The notes: generated by a model not told the origin, from the sequence alone. DNA of 64,000 bases from the human T2T-CHM13v2.0 reference genome, Homo sapiens (GCF_009914755.1 NC_060940.1); one strand, 5' to 3'. Shown: positions 40,836-64,000, counted from the stretch's first letter. Program-made: numbers and translations.

Positions 40836-41276
40836 GCCATTTCTTTTTATTTTACTGGCGTTAGAAAAATTGAAACCTACCAAATGAATGATTTTATGGT
40901 TGCTTTTTCTTATGGCAGTTAAGATTTGTTTTAAGTTAGTGATTTAAAATAAATTTAAAGAAAAATACTGAGTAAATATTAGTACATAGAGTACTCATAT
41001 AACAAATGTCAAAAATTCATCATATTTGTGAAACCCTAATGTATAGGATTAAAAGCACATACATCTTCTAAATCCAGTGTACAGATCCTTCACATCATCA
41101 GCCCTGATTGACTTTTCGACTTCACCCCCTCTAGCTGCCATCAATTGTGCTGTAACTCATGTCACTAATCAACAGGTTCTTCCATGTGACTTCTCCTAAC
41201 TCCTTTCAGTCTATTCGTTACACAGCACCCCAAGGGAGGCTGGCACCCCAAGGGAGGCTGTTAAAAAGTAAGTCAA

Positions 41277-46282
<5,006 letters not shown>

Positions 46283-46299
46283 GTCAGTCAGTTAATCCT

Positions 46300-47170
46300 T
46301 CACTATTTCACCATCTCCTTCACCTTACGGTGAAATCAAAGTAACAAACAGGGCTGCAAGGCCCTATGCAATCTGGCCTCCTTCCCCATTCCTGCCTCCC
46401 TCCCTCCTGCTTACTTTGCTCCAGCCATGCTGGCCTCCTTGCCAGCCAGAATGCCAGGCACACTGCACCTCTGGGCCTTTGCACTTGCTGTGCTCTCTCC
46501 CAGGAACATTCTTCCCTGAGAGAGCCTCCCTGGTTCCCTGCCATCTTCCTTCAGGTCTTTATTCAAATGTCACCTTCTTCGTGAGGTCTTCCCCATCACT
46601 CTAATTAAAAATGCAGCTTTAGCTGTGCACAGTGGCTCACACCTGTAATCCTAGTGCTTTGGGAGGCCAAGGCAGGAGGATCGCTTGAGTCCAGGAGTTC
46701 AAGACAAGCCTGGGCAACACAGCGAGACCACGCCTCTCCTAAAAACTTTTAAAAATTAGCAGGGCATGGAGGCACGTGCCTGTAGTCCCAGCTGCTTAGG
46801 AGGCTGAGGCAGGAGATCACTTCAGCCTGGAAGTTCAAGGCTGCAGTGAGCTATGATCACACTACTACACACCAGCCTGGGCGACAGAGTGAGACCCTGT
46901 CTCTAAATTAAAAAAAAAAAAAAAAAATGCAGCTTCCCCCAACCCTTCCTATTTTCTTTCTTGCTTTGTTTCTTACCAGAGAGTTCATAACCATCTAACA
47001 TACTATATATTTTACTTATTTCATTTCTTGGTCTGCCTCCCTCCCATTAGAATGTAAGCTCTGTGAGGGCAGAGATTTTTGCTGTTTTGTTTACTGCTAC
47101 GCCTCACTGCCATATCACAGAGCTCAGCACTTGGTAGGATCTCAATATTTATTGGATGAATAAATGAATA
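46300..47170 (+). mobile_element. L2 3' end containing an AluJ insertion (46621-46927)
   Basis: agaatgtaagctctgtgagggcagagattttt...ctcaatatttattggatgaataaatgaat. Alu TSD aaaaatgcagctt. Confidence 0.8.
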
Positions 47171-48112
47171 GCTTATGGCAAGTTCACACATGCTTCCAGA
47201 TATTTGCTGTGCTGTTTTCTTTACTTGGAATGACATTCCTCCATGTTCAGGAGAAAAATCCCACTCAGCCTCCAAAACTCAGCTGAAGAAACCCTCTTCT
47301 GTGAAGTACACTCTGACCATAGGCAGACCAGGTAGGAATCTCTTCTCTGAATTACTGCAGTCCAATTATACTTCTGGTGGTCCCTTATCACAGTTTTGTG
47401 TAATCTGTATGGCCCCTTAGAAGGTTTGTATTCATCCTGTATTCAAAGGACTTTTGTACCTGGACTATAATCGCAGGTACTCAAAAGCATTTGTGAAATG
47501 AAATAGTAAATGAATGAATAACTCAGATAAAGTAATTAATATGTAGCTTAGTGTGAAGACATTTAGTATGTACATAATTTAAAGAAGATACTTAAAGATA
47601 CTCCTATGAAAGTCCATTTGATACTAATACTTTTTATTATACCTTACTCAAGATACAAGTTAGTGACTAATAATATACAAAGGTCAAGATAATTGCTTAG
47701 TAATTAACGTAAAAGGCTGTGTTTGCTTTCATGTTTCTTTTACATTATTTCAAGAGCTTTTTTTTTTTTTTTTTTTTTTTACTTTACCTGCTATTTGTGT
47801 TTCCATATTCATACTGGTTTAGCCTAGAGAGTATCACCATGGGCGCTAAAGACTGGGCAGATTTGGTAAACAAAGCATTAATGCCAAAAACCACTGAAGG
47901 AAGGGGTGACCTGGAACAGACAAAAATAGCATGGGTCTATATCACATACGAACTACGTGTGTGTGTGTATATATATATATATATCCATATATACAATTTG
48001 AATCAGGAATCTCTTTGTGTATGAAGTCTTCCTTAATCCTAAGTAGACAACAATAAAAATAGTATAGTATTATAAAATATTAACCTTTTAGTTATAAAGG
48101 ATTATAAAACTA

Positions 48113-48686
<574 letters not shown>

Positions 48687-49551
48687 TTAGATGAAGAAAC
48701 TAAGATCCAAAGGGAAGACACAGCTCACCTCTTACAGGCCTATGCAGTGAACGCTATTTGTGCCCTGTACTCTGTTATGGGCTCTTATTACTTCATCTAA
48801 ATCCCATGACAATCCCATGAGTGAGATATTACCAGCTCTGTTTTAGAGATGGGAAAGCAGATTAACTCATCCACAGTCACACAGCTAGTAAATGGTAAAA
48901 CTGGGATTCATGCCTAAGTTTTTTTGACCAAGTTTTATTAAGGACTACTTTAATGTATTCCTGATAAGAATCCTCCATATAACTTTTTTAAATAATCAGG
49001 TCACATAAAATAAATCAAGTGCATTGACTGAATAAACTGAAATCTTGTCACATATCAACTAATGATGGAAACCTTGCAACTCAGGAAGAGAAAAAAGAAA
49101 ACAGGAAGGAGAAAAAAGAAGAAAGGGAGGGAAAAAAATAAAAGAGAGGCAAGGTCTGAGAATTAGAGGAAATTTAATTTGATGGTAAGAGCTTGGGTTT
49201 GATTGTCTGTTCTTCAGTCTGCTGGTTACATTAACCAGAACATTGGGAACATTAATTTCTGCAAGGTCTTAGTTTCTTGAAAATGGGGATAACTTTGATT
49301 GTCTGACAATACAATTGCTGTCTATCTCCCCAACTAGACTATAAGTACCACAAGGACAGAGGCTATGTCCGGTTTTGCTCACTGGTTTTTGTCTTCTCTG
49401 ACATGATTAGTGAGACAGTTGGCTCAAGCAAAAAAATCATTTTTAAAAGAAGAGACAGTAACCATTCCATTTTAACTTAACTATACTCATTCATAAATCT
49501 TTTCTTTGGGTTTTTCGCTGAGTATATGTCCACTGATGAAAGTGCTGGGCC

Positions 49552-49949
<398 letters not shown>

Positions 49950-50470
49950 TCACTTATGAAGCAAACTCAGTACAAAATATCTTTAGACTTCTTTGACTTT
50001 CCCCTCAAAACATTTAGTTTCCACTGTATCAAACGTGATAGTAATTGTTTACAACTCAATTTTTTTCTCTTCTCCTTCTCCTTCTTCTTTTGTATGTTGC
50101 CTAGGCTGGTCTCAAACTTCTGGCCTTGAGCAATCCTCCTGTCTCAGCCTCTCAAAGTGCTGGGATTACAGGCGTGAGCCACAATGCTTGACCCTACAAC
50201 TCAATATCGAGTCTTCCTAAAGCATTCAACTTAATTTTCATAAAAGTAACTTTCATTTCACGTATATATTTCCTGTTTATAAAATATAAGTACAATTAAA
50301 TTTTGCAATTGCAGTAACAAGTACGTCTGACATTAAGAGATTTGAATTAAAAAACACTGACCCTTGGTAATGATACACTGAATCATGGGAGTAGAAAAGT
50401 ACAGGTGTCCTCAAGAGTAGCCATTTGGTCACAAACCTACTGCGCACATGTGAATAAGTACATTTTAGAG

Positions 50471-50644
50471 CCATGGTCTCCAACCATTTTGGCACCAGGG
50501 ACCAGTTTCATGGAAGACAATTTTTCCACGGACCAGGGGGGTTGGTTTTGAGATGATTCAAGTGCATTACATTTATTATGCACTTTATTTCTAATATTAT
50601 TACAGACCGGTACTGGCCTGTAGCCTAGGGGTTGGAGACCCCTG
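50471..50644. mobile_element. Internally deleted MER1-type (hAT-Charlie) element with an 8-bp TSD TTTTAGAG
   Basis: caaccattttggcaccagggaccagtttcatggaagacaatttttccacggac...ggggttggagacccctg. TSD at 50463-50470 and 50645-50652. Confidence 0.85.
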
Positions 50645-53252
50645 TTTTAGAGAGAAGGAAGAGCATCAGATAACTTGGAGAGTTCATTACAAGACCCACT
50701 GTATTGAATCCTCAGCATTTACCACATTGCCTGACACAAAAGAATAAATCGATAAATATTTGTCAAGTCCATAATGTCTACCACTCAAGGCTGCTGCAAG
50801 ACCTGAATGAGCAAACAGTCATACAAGCTCATTTGGACATTGGCATTTGGTAAATGTTAATGCCTTTCCCTTTCTCACTGTTCAAGACATTTTATTTATT
50901 TGTAACCTATCTAATTCAAAAGGAATTTGAAAGGTGAAAAATGTTTACTGAAGTTGTTGCTTGTTTATGTATTCATTCAACAGAAGGAGTTTTGAGCCAG
51001 TCAGTTTTCCAGGTACAAAGGAGACAAAAGTGAAGATAGCGCCCTGGACTGTAAGGAGCTCACCACCTTGCCTATCACCCCAAATATGAACTTAGCAACA
51101 AAACTCTGCAACAGGAAAGGAATTAGAGAAATCCAGGTAGCTGGCAAATCTTTCCTCAATTTAATTTGCATTAAAAATAAAAGAGGGGGCTGGGCGCCCT
51201 ATTTTATTATTTGCATTAAAAATAAAAGTGGTTCACATCCATAATCCCAGCACTTTTGGGAGGCCAAGCAGAAGGATCGATTGAGACCAGGAGTTCAGGA
51301 CTAGCTTTGGCAACATAGCGAGATCCTCATCTCTACAACATATATATATTTAAAAATTAGCTGGGCCTGGTAGTGTGCACCTATATAGTCCTAGCTACTC
51401 AGGAGACTGAGGCAGCAGGATCTCCTGAGCCCAGGAGTTTGAGGCTGAAATGAGCTATGATCACACCACCACACTTCAGCCTGAGCAACAGAGCAAGACC
51501 CTGTCTTGAAAACAAACAAACAAACAAAAGAGGTTTTGCAGCATAAATGTTTTGACAGAACTAATAAAGAATGTGCCTCTGTCTGGCCGGGCGCAGTAGC
51601 TCATGCCTGTAATCCCAGCACTTTGGGAGGCCAAGGTGGGTGGATCATCAGGTCAGGAGTTTGAGACCAGCCTGACCAACATGATGAAACCCCGTCTCTA
51701 CTAAAAATACAAAAAAATTAGCCAGGCGTGGTAGCACGTGCCTGTAATCCCAGCTACTCAATCGCTTGAACCTGGGAGGCAGAGGTGGCAGTGAGCCAAG
51801 ATTGCACCACTGTACTCCAGCCTGGGCGACAGAGCAAGACTCCATCTAAAAAAAAAAAAAAAAACAATGTGCCTCTGTCTTAAAATAATACATTTCTCTC
51901 TAATCTGCAAAATAGGACACGTATGAGAAAATATTTGCCAATCAAATACACTTTATAGCTGATCTAAAGTGCTTACAATCATACCAAAGAACAGAACCTC
52001 TCATCATCAGCTTAGGCTTTTTCAGCTAAGAAAGGATAAGATGGACCTTGATTTTTAATTTTAATTCTTGCAATGTCACAGAGTAAAGGTCATTTTACCT
52101 AATCGTCCCATGTAATAAAGCATATTGCCATATGTAGAACATACAGCTAACTGAGATTTCACTTTGCTTTCTGATATTTAACCCTGTTGTAATATTGGCT
52201 GTGTGAACCTGAGAAATGAAAAACTGTGATGTCGTTTTAGAAATGGGGAAAAGTTGCCCAGGGCAAACAAGCATGAATATATCTGATTATATTCTGTCCC
52301 CTGGTTCCTAGCAATGCCTCTTATGATTGTCTTTCAGATATGTGATTTGTAGTGGCAATATAACTGAGATATGGAGACTCTGATAGGTCCTGCCTACATG
52401 TGATATTTTTGTAGCTAACATTTGAAAAAGTATACTTACTGCTGATTAAACTTTAGTAAATCTGCATCAACCATGTCAGCTAGTGGCAGGGTAAACAAGG
52501 AAACCGAAGCTCACACGATAACCCTAGAAAAAATGTTAAAACACATATGAAAATTTTACAACTAGGAGGCACAGCTTTTGTTAAAAAAGAATAAAATGAA
52601 AGTTGACATTTGATTTGCAAGAAGATAAAAGGAAATGATATACTATAAAAGTAAAGCTATATTAGGCATACCCTTCTATCCTCCCAAATATTATATATCT
52701 ATGAATATATAATTCTCTTTTAAAAGTGAAATAACTACTTTCACTTGGGAATTTTAAAAATGATTTTTATGCTTCTTCCTCATTCCAAATGACTAAACTC
52801 ATTTAATCTGCTTAAATTATTAATAGATTCTAAAGGACAGGAAGTGCCAGGGAAATTAATCACACAGACATCTTTCTCTTGATATCAGAAATAGGATACA
52901 TTAAGAACTGAGAAAGGGCATATAGCATTTTAATTATGATAGAAGAATAAAAATGAGGGGGATGGTTTAAGTGAAGAAAAAGCAAAAATATTCATTCTAA
53001 AAATTACTATAAACTATCATTTTACATATTATACAGCCAGGGCCACCCTTACAGACTTATAGAATAGTTATCTGCATGGGGTTCTAATGTCTTGAAGTTT
53101 CATAGGGATTCAATCATTTGAGTCAATTATTACAGTCTCCACTACCAGTTTGTTCAAAATGCAAATATGTCTTCATGAAAATTTTCTCAAGTTGTTCCAG
53201 CAGGGACCTGGAATAGAATGTATTAATTCATTCACTCAAAATGAGTGACTCA

Positions 53253-53576
<324 letters not shown>

Positions 53577-53682
53577 TCACTCTGTTGTCCAGGCTGGAGT
53601 GCAGTAGCATGATTTCAGCTCACTGCAGCCTCCACCTCTTGGGCTCAGGTGATCCTCCCACTTCAGCCTCCTGAATATCTGA

Positions 53683-53889
<207 letters not shown>

Positions 53890-54600
53890 TAGGTAATGGG
53901 CCGCAGTGGTAAGAGACTAGACCCTATTCACAATAAACTCAATCCAGTGGGGACTACAGATAGTCGCAGGTAGAGGAAAAGCACCACAGCAGAAGTAAGC
54001 ATAGGGCACTGGAGTCATATAGGAGGGCCACCTAATCCAGATGAGGAAATCAGGGAAGGCTTCCCAGAGAAGCACATGCCCGAACTGTGGCCTAAGACAC
54101 GTGAGGACAGGGCCAAGCAAGAAATGGGGAAGAGCTTTCCAGGCACAGGAAACTGCATCTTCTAGACACAGAGGTGTCTGAACCAGGAACTGCAAAGTAT
54201 TTCTGTATGGCAGAGAGTACAGTGTAAGTTGAGGAGTAACAAGAAATGAAGATGAAGGCTGGGCACAGTGGCTCACACCTGTAATCCCAGCACTTTGGGA
54301 TGCCAAGGTGAGCAGATCGCTTGAGCCCAGGAGTTCAACACCAGCCTGGGCAACATGGCAAAAACCCATCTCTACAAAAAATAAAAATTAAGCTGGGCAT
54401 GGTAGTACACATCTGTAGTCCCAGCTATTTAGGAGGATGAGGTGGGAGGATCACCTGAGCCTGGGAGGTGGAGGTTAGAGTGGGCCATATTTGTGCCACT
54501 GTACTCTAGCCTGGGCAACAGAGCAAGACCCTGTCTCAGAAAAAAAAAAAAAAAGAAATGAAGACGAAAAGATAAAGAGGGACTATATAACAAGACATCA

Positions 54601-54816
<216 letters not shown>

Positions 54817-55874
54817 CTAGAAGCAATATGAGAGAGGGAGTTGGAGAGACTGGAGACTATAAACTAGGGGATCATATGGGAAGACTGTATCCTATTCCAT
54901 GTAAGAAATGAGCTATAGGAATGTCAGTGGAACTGAGAAGAGATGGATTCAGGGCACATTAGGGAGATAAAACTGCTAACAATTAACAGTGTGTTGGACC
55001 TAGGTGTCAAAGAAGAGAGAAAAGGCAAAGACAACTTCTCGGTCTCTGACTTGGGCAACCAGATAGATGGCAAAGCCATTTCCCGAGATGGCAAATAATG
55101 GCAAAAGAGCAGATTTGGCAGCAAGATCTTTGATTTGGACCTGCAGAATTTGACATGCCTGTGATGGAGGCAAAGTGGGTGCTTGGGGGAGGAGGAGAGG
55201 TTGCAGAAATAGGAGGAAGAGTTGAAGGAGAAATAGAAGCTCAGTGTCTTTTATACGTGGCAGCAGTATTTACTAAATATATTTTTGAGACAGGGTCTCA
55301 CTCTTGTCACCTAGGCTGGATGGAGTGCAGTGGTGCAGTCGTAGCTCACTATGACTTGAATTCGTGGGCTCAAGTATGATCCTCCTGCCTCAGCCACTAG
55401 AGTAGCTGGGACTACAGGCATGTGCCACCAAAAAATTTTTTAATTTTTTATAGAGATGCGGTCTTACTCTGTTGCCCAGGCTAGTCTCAAACTCTTGGCC
55501 TTAAGCAATCCTCCAACCTTAGCCTTCCAAGTAAATTTTTTAATAGGTTAAAAAAAAGTAAGTTTACTACAAAATTTAATGTATGAAATTCCTTCATAAA
55601 ACAAGCCATTAACATTCAGACAATTTGTCAAAAAGGTACAATGACCTTGCCTAGAAATGAATATTAAACTCAGTCCGGATCAAAAATGTGTCACTGCTTG
55701 AAAGGGCAAATAGTAAAATTTAGTGTAATTTTGAGACTGGAACCAGCATTTACTTACATGATAATAGTGAGATAAAGAGCCAAACAGTAATAGTATTGCT
55801 TTCCCAGGAGTAACATTACAATGGAGGCTGTTCCTTCTACATAGAAAGAAATTAAGATGATCTTATGGTAATCA

Positions 55875-56159
<285 letters not shown>

Positions 56160-57643
56160 CTAGGTGTGGTGATGTACAGCTGTAGTCCCAGCTACTAGGG
56201 AGGCTCAGGTTGGAGTACTGCTTCAGCCCAGGAGGTTGAGGCTATAATGATCTATGATCACACCCACTGCACCCCAACCTGAGTGACAGAGCAAGACCCT
56301 GTCTCAAAAAATATGTAATAAATAAATAAATTTGCTTCTGAATTATAGTGTCAATTGAAACACACAATTAAAACTATCTTGCTTAGATATGCCATTATTA
56401 TCCATATATACCAAAAATTGATTATGAATGGTAACTTTTTTTTTTTTTTGAGACAGAGTCTCAAATCTGTCATCCAGGTTGAAGTGCAGTGGCATGATCT
56501 TAGCTTACTGCAAACTTTGCCTCCCAGGTTCAAGCAATTCTCATGCCTCAGCATCCTGAATAGCTGGGATGACAGGCAAGCACCACTGTGCCTGGCTAAC
56601 TTTTGTATTTTTAGTAGAGACAGTGTTTCACCATGTTGGCCAGGCTGGTCTCAAACTCGGGCTCAAGTGATCTGTCTGCCTCGGCCTCCCAAAATGTTAG
56701 GATTACAGGCGTGAGCCACCACATCTTGCCTGAAATGTACTTTTTACCCTAAAATCAAGCATCAGGGTAAACAAGAGTTAGCATTCCTTGCTAACTGTGC
56801 CCTGCCTAACTTTATATGTTTTTATCATTATAACAGATTCATTTTAAGAGCTCAGACTTAGGTTTTTTGCATTTCTTGCTATCAGTGAAAAAGTTCATTG
56901 TTCTAGACTGAAAAGTTTATGCTAAATATACATATGTACATTAACAAAGATCAGAAGATACTCTTTGTTTTCAATAAAAAAGCACACATTGTTTATCCCT
57001 GATAAGTTTTCACTAACCAAAAGTATGTGCATTATAGTTAGAAGAGAATTTTGAATGATGTAAGTAGAATACAGATGTTCTTTAATAAACATAAGGGTTT
57101 TTTTTACCCTGACTGATTTTTTGACTGACTTTTCTACTTTCAAGGAACAAGAGTTCATTTTCTGGATACTAAAAAACAATGGATCAGTGATTGATGTGGT
57201 CCAAGGCATTTCTTAGAGTTCTGTAAGAGGAAGTATATAAAATACCCCAACAAGTCCAATTATATTCTTAAATATTATTATAATATTATAAAGGAACACA
57301 TTTCCACATATTGAAATGCAGCTGCTGTTTCTCCATCTCTAGTACATAAACATACAAAATACAAGAAGTTAATAATGTAAGAAATATGTGGTAGAGTGGA
57401 ATGTGCAAGATTTTTTTTACAGACAAGGTCTTACTATGCTGCCCAGCCTGGTCTCAAATTTCTGGGCTCAAGCAATCATCCCAAGTAGCTGACCACAGGC
57501 ATGCACCACCACGTCTGGCTAAAAAGTGAAAGATTTTGAAATCAGATGTCCCTAGGTTTAAATTCCAGCTTTGCCACTTTTACCAGCTATTTCTTCACAG
57601 ACAAGTTACTTTACCTAAGAGGCATTTCCCCCACCAAGACAAA

Positions 57644-57645
<2 letters not shown>

Positions 57646-57673
<28 letters not shown>
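57646..57673. repeat. (TC)n microsatellite
   Basis: Read directly from the sequence. Confidence 0.92.
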
Positions 57674-57679
<6 letters not shown>

Positions 57680-58134
57680 TGCTCTCTTCCATTTCTCTTC
57701 TCTTACCTAGCACCATACTCAACATATAAGGCACTTAATAATTGGTAGCTATTTTTCTTGTGTCCAATATATAAAAAGATATAAGCCAATGATGAGTAGT
57801 ATCACAAAAATCATGAAAGAAAAGAGAAAGACCGCCTTTTTTTTTTTTTTTAACTAAAATAAAGCCTTCTACAGATGAAAGATTTTGGCTCCCCATTCAA
57901 CAGTGTGTTCCAACATAAGTGTTGGCAAACCTGTGGCAAAGGAGCCTACATCAAGACAGAGGGATAAAGGCAGTGCTGTGCTCACAGTGAAAGTCTAATA
58001 GATACCTGCTGCACTGAGTTGGCTGTACATAATAAGAGCTAACATTTCTAGAGGGTTTATTTTGTGCCAGGAACCGTTTTAAGTACTTTGGATGTTTTAA
58101 TTCATTTAACCCTCATAATAATTTCCTTAGGTAG

Positions 58135-58311
<177 letters not shown>

Positions 58312-58771
58312 TAAATTTTTTATAGAGACAGGGTCTCGCTATGTTGCCCAGGGTGGTCTTAAACTCCTGGGCTCAAGTGACCCTCCCACCTTAGCCTCCC
58401 AAAGTACTGGGAGCCATTGTGCCCAGACCAGTAGGTACTATTTTGATCCTCATTTTACAGATGAGGAAACTAAGGCACAGAGAGGTTGAGTAACTTACCT
58501 AGGATTGCACAGCTAGTAAGTGGAGAGCCAGGCTCCTCCTGGGCAGACTGCAGATCCATGCTCTTAACCCAGTTACTCCTCTGCCTCTCTGGGGAGTGTA
58601 ATATGGAAGAGTGACAGACCTATACCAACAGTTATTAGGGAGACAGAGTATTTATTCATCCTTTTCTCCTTTATTTATTCAACTCCTCAAAAAGAAAACC
58701 AGCCTGAGGGCTGGGTGCGGTGGCTCACGCCTGTAATCCCAGCACTTTGGAAGGCCGAGGCAGGTGGATCA

Positions 58772-59195
<424 letters not shown>

Positions 59196-60167
59196 TGAAA
59201 ACATAGTGCTCACCCTTCATTATTTTATCCAATAAAGTGTTAAAGAGACTTAGCCAAATGAATAACAAGAACAACAGATTCCAATGAGCTGTCATTATTT
59301 TTTTTTTTTGTCTGAGGCAGAGTCTGTCACCCAGGCTGGAGTGCAGTGGCACCGTCTCGGCTAACTGCAACCTCCACCTCCCAGGTTCAAGTAATTCTCT
59401 GCCTCAGCCTCCCAACTAGCTGGGATTACTGACACCCACCACCACGCCCGGCTAATTTTTTGTATTTTTAGTAGAGACAGTGTTTCACCATCTTGGCAGG
59501 CTGGTCTTGAACTCCTGACCTCATGATCCACCCACCTCAGCCTCCCAAAGTGCTGGGATTACAGGCGTGAGCCACCACGCCTGGCCAAGCTGTCATTTTT
59601 TACCACAATAATTTACACGTGTTAATTCTCTAGAAATTAAGAATAAATTTCAAGCAACTTTGGATTTTCTTTTATTTTTTGTAGAGACAGGGTTTCGCTG
59701 TGTTGCCCAGGCTGGTCCCAAACTCCTGGCTTCAAGCAATCCTCCTGCCTCAGCCTCCCAAAGTGCTGGAATTACAGGTGTTAGCCATTGGGCCAGACCT
59801 GGATTTCCATTTTATAATAATTTTTTATTGAGATCAATAGAAAGTCCTATGTTTTTGTGAGGGCTTAAGAAAAATGACTGTTAAAATCTTTTGGCTATAC
59901 TTCTCTTAACAACTAGTAACCAAGAGAGACTAAGAGAAAGTATTTACTGATCATATATCTGACAAAAGACATGTGCCTAGAATATACAAATAACTCCTAC
60001 AACTCAATAATATGAAGACTAATTACTCAATTTAAAAAGACACAAATTATTTTAATAAATAACCAAAAAGATACATGGATGGCAAGTAAGCATATGAAAA
60101 GATGCTCAACATCATTAGTAGTCATTAGGAAAATGTAAATCAAAAACACAGTAAGATACTACATACC

Positions 60168-60585
<418 letters not shown>

Positions 60586-60637
60586 TTATTTGTAACAGCC
60601 AAAAACCAGATCCAACCCAAATGTCCATCAAGAGATG

Positions 60638-62650
60638 AAAGAAGGAAGTCCTGGCCAGAGCAATCAAGCAAAAGAAAGAAAGAAATTACATCCAAATAGG
60701 AAGAGAAGAAGTCAAACTATCTGTGTTTGGTGACAATATGATTCTATACATAGAAAACCCTAAAGACTCCACCAAAGGACTCCTGGAACTGATAAATGAC
60801 TTCAGTAAAGTTTCAGGATACAAAATCAATGTACAAAAATCTGTGGCATTTCTTTACATGAATAATGTTCAAGCTGAGAACCAAATCAAGAATGCGATCC
60901 TATTTACAGTAGCCACAGAAAAAATTAACATACCTAGGAATTCATCTCACCAAGGAGGTGAAAGATCTCTACAAGGAGAACTATAAAACACTGCTGAAAA
61001 AAATCATATATGACACAAATGGAAAAACATTCCATGCTCATGGATTGGAAGAATCAATATTGTTACAATGTCCATACTGCCCACAGCAATCTACAGATTC
61101 AATGCTATTCCTATCAAACTACCAACATCATTTTTCACAGAGTTAGAATAAACTATTTGCAATTTCATATGGAACCAAAAAGAGCCCAAATAGCAAAGCA
61201 AGCCTAAGCAAAGAGAACAAAGCCAGTGACATTACCTGACTTCAAATCGTACTATAAGGCTACAGTAACCAAAACAGCATGGTACTGGTACAAAAACAGC
61301 CACATAGACCAATGGAACAGAACAGAGAACTGAGAAATAAAGCTGTACTCTTGCAGCCATCTGATCTTCAATAAAATCAACAAAAATAAGCAATGGGGAA
61401 AGGATTCCTTATTCAATAAATGGTGCTGGGATAGCTGGCTAGCCATATGCAGAAGACTGAAACTGCACCTTTCACCACATATAAAAATTAACTCAAGATG
61501 GATTAAAGATTTGAATGTAAGACTTCAAACTATAAGAATCCTAAAAGAAAACCTAGGAAACACCATTCTGGACATCAACCTTGGGAAATAATTTATTGCT
61601 AAATCCTTAGAAGCAATTGCAACAAAAACAAAAATTGACAAGTGGGACCTAATTAAACCAAAGAGCTTATGCACAGCAAAAGAAATTATCAACAGAGTAG
61701 GCAGACAACCTATAGAATGGGAGAAAATACTTGCAAACTATGCACCTGACAAAGGTCTAATATCCAGAATCTATAAGGAACCTAAGCAATTGACCAAGCA
61801 ATAAACAAACAACTGCATTAAAAAGTGGGCAAAAGACATGAACAGATACATCTCAAAAAAAGACATAAGCAGCCAATCATGAAAAAATGCTCAACATCAC
61901 TAATCATCAGAGAACTGCAAATCAAAACCACAATGAGATACCATCTCACACTAATCAGAATGGCTATTGCTAAAAGTAAAAAAAAAAAAACCAACAGACA
62001 GATAGACTGCAGAGAAAAGGGAACACTTATACGCTGTTGATGGCAATGTAAATTAGTTCAACCACTGTGGAAAGCAGTTTGGAGATTTCTCAAACTACCT
62101 AACACAGAACTACCACTTGACCCAGCAATCCCATTACTGGGTTTATATCCAAAAGGAAATAAATTGCTCTACCAAAAAGACACATACACTCTCCTGTTCA
62201 TTGTAGCACTATTTACAATAGTGAAGACATGGAATCAGCCTAGGTGCCCACCAACGGTGGACTGGGTAAACAAAATGTGGCACATATACACCATGGACTA
62301 TCACATAGCCATAAAAAGAATGAAATCATGTCCTTTGCAGCAACATGGATGCAGCTGGAGGCCATTATCCAAAGCAAATTAACACAGGAACAGACAAGCT
62401 AATACCACATGTTCTCTCTTATAAGTGGGAGATAAGCATTGGGTACTCATGGCAAAAAGATGGCAACAATAGACACTGGGGAATACTAGAAAGGCAGGGG
62501 GCAAGGGTTAAAAAACTAACTATTGGGTGCTATGTTCACTACCTGAGTGACAGGATCAATCATACCCCAAACCTCAACATCACACAATGCGCCCACATAA
62601 CAAACCTGCACATATATTCCCTGAATCTAAAATAAAAGTTGAAATGATAA
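60638..62650 (+). mobile_element. 5'-truncated older primate L1 (L1PA15-16/L1PB-like), ~2 kb, nested in an older L1M (59940-60637 and 62697-63100)
   Basis: RT motif [18 protein letters not shown] (FADD-like), frameshifted ORF2 C-terminus, and a 3' end aacctgcacat...ctgaatctaaaataaaagttgaa. Confidence 0.9.
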
Positions 62651-63182
62651 AAAACGTGGGCGGAGGGGGAGGAATTATTTAAAAAAAAAAAAAAAAGCAA
62701 ATTGTGGTATACCCACATAATAGAATACTACTTGGCAATAAAAAGGAATTAAATATGGATACTCACAACATGACCAAAAGAATCCAGACCAAAAAATAGT
62801 ACATTACTGTATGATTCCACTTATATAAAAACCTATAAAATGTAAACAAATCTATACTGATAGAAAGTAGCTCGACAGTTGCCTGAGAATTAGGGAGGTT
62901 AGGGAAGGGTGGAAGGAAGGGATTAACAAAGAAGCAGAAAGGCACTTTGGGGAATAATAGATACGTTAACCATCTTAATTGTGGTGATGGTTTCATGGTG
63001 TGTACATATGCTGGAATGTATCAAACTATACAGTTTAAATACATGCAGTTTTTTTTGTAGGTCAATCATACTGCAATAAAGCTACAAGAAAAATCCTGCC
63101 TTTCTTTCAACTCTTAAATTTTTCCAAATATTAAATAAAGCATGAAAAACAAAAACAGAAGCTTATATTAAAACCTGTTAAT

Positions 63183-64000
<818 letters not shown>

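Noticed and set aside
60723-62635. Reverse-transcriptase-like ORFs as an active or novel RT system
   Set aside because: They are frameshifted fragments of a 5'-truncated L1 ORF2.

Overview
This is human/hominid genomic DNA from the chromosome 16p segmental-duplication (LCR16) mosaic, and it is very rich in Alu, L1 and L2 repeats. The minus strand carries exon 1 (CpG island, ATG at 17815) and exon 2 (351-514) of an SMG1 paralog. Its N-terminus (SGGGGTNGTNYSRSW...DPGN) differs from canonical SMG1 as I recall it, so it is most likely a duplicated copy such as SMG1P1. Head-to-head on the plus strand lie four consecutive internal RRN3 (TIF-IA) exons (19404-25420) with intact GT-AG sites and an uninterrupted frame, probably RRN3P3. 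A GC-rich block of unidentified origin (~25560-35720) follows, bounded by broken-Alu junctions, and then ~28 kb of AT-rich, repeat-dense DNA with no recognisable gene. Almost all ORFs in the supplied track are Alu, L1 or simple-repeat artefacts. The most interesting signals are (i) a candidate regulatory module on the SMG1-type transcript, made of a uORF whose stop overlaps the main ATG, a 15-nt in-frame microexon, and a 39-nt and an 8-nt poison exon candidate; (ii) an RRN3 fragment with an open frame placed behind the SMG1 CpG-island promoter, with a possible chimeric ORF; (iii) a MADE1/miR-548-type hairpin in intron 1; and (iv) one target site hit three times by retrotransposons. Locus names and repeat subfamilies come from recall and need BLAT/RepeatMasker confirmation. 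Repeat boundaries are approximate.
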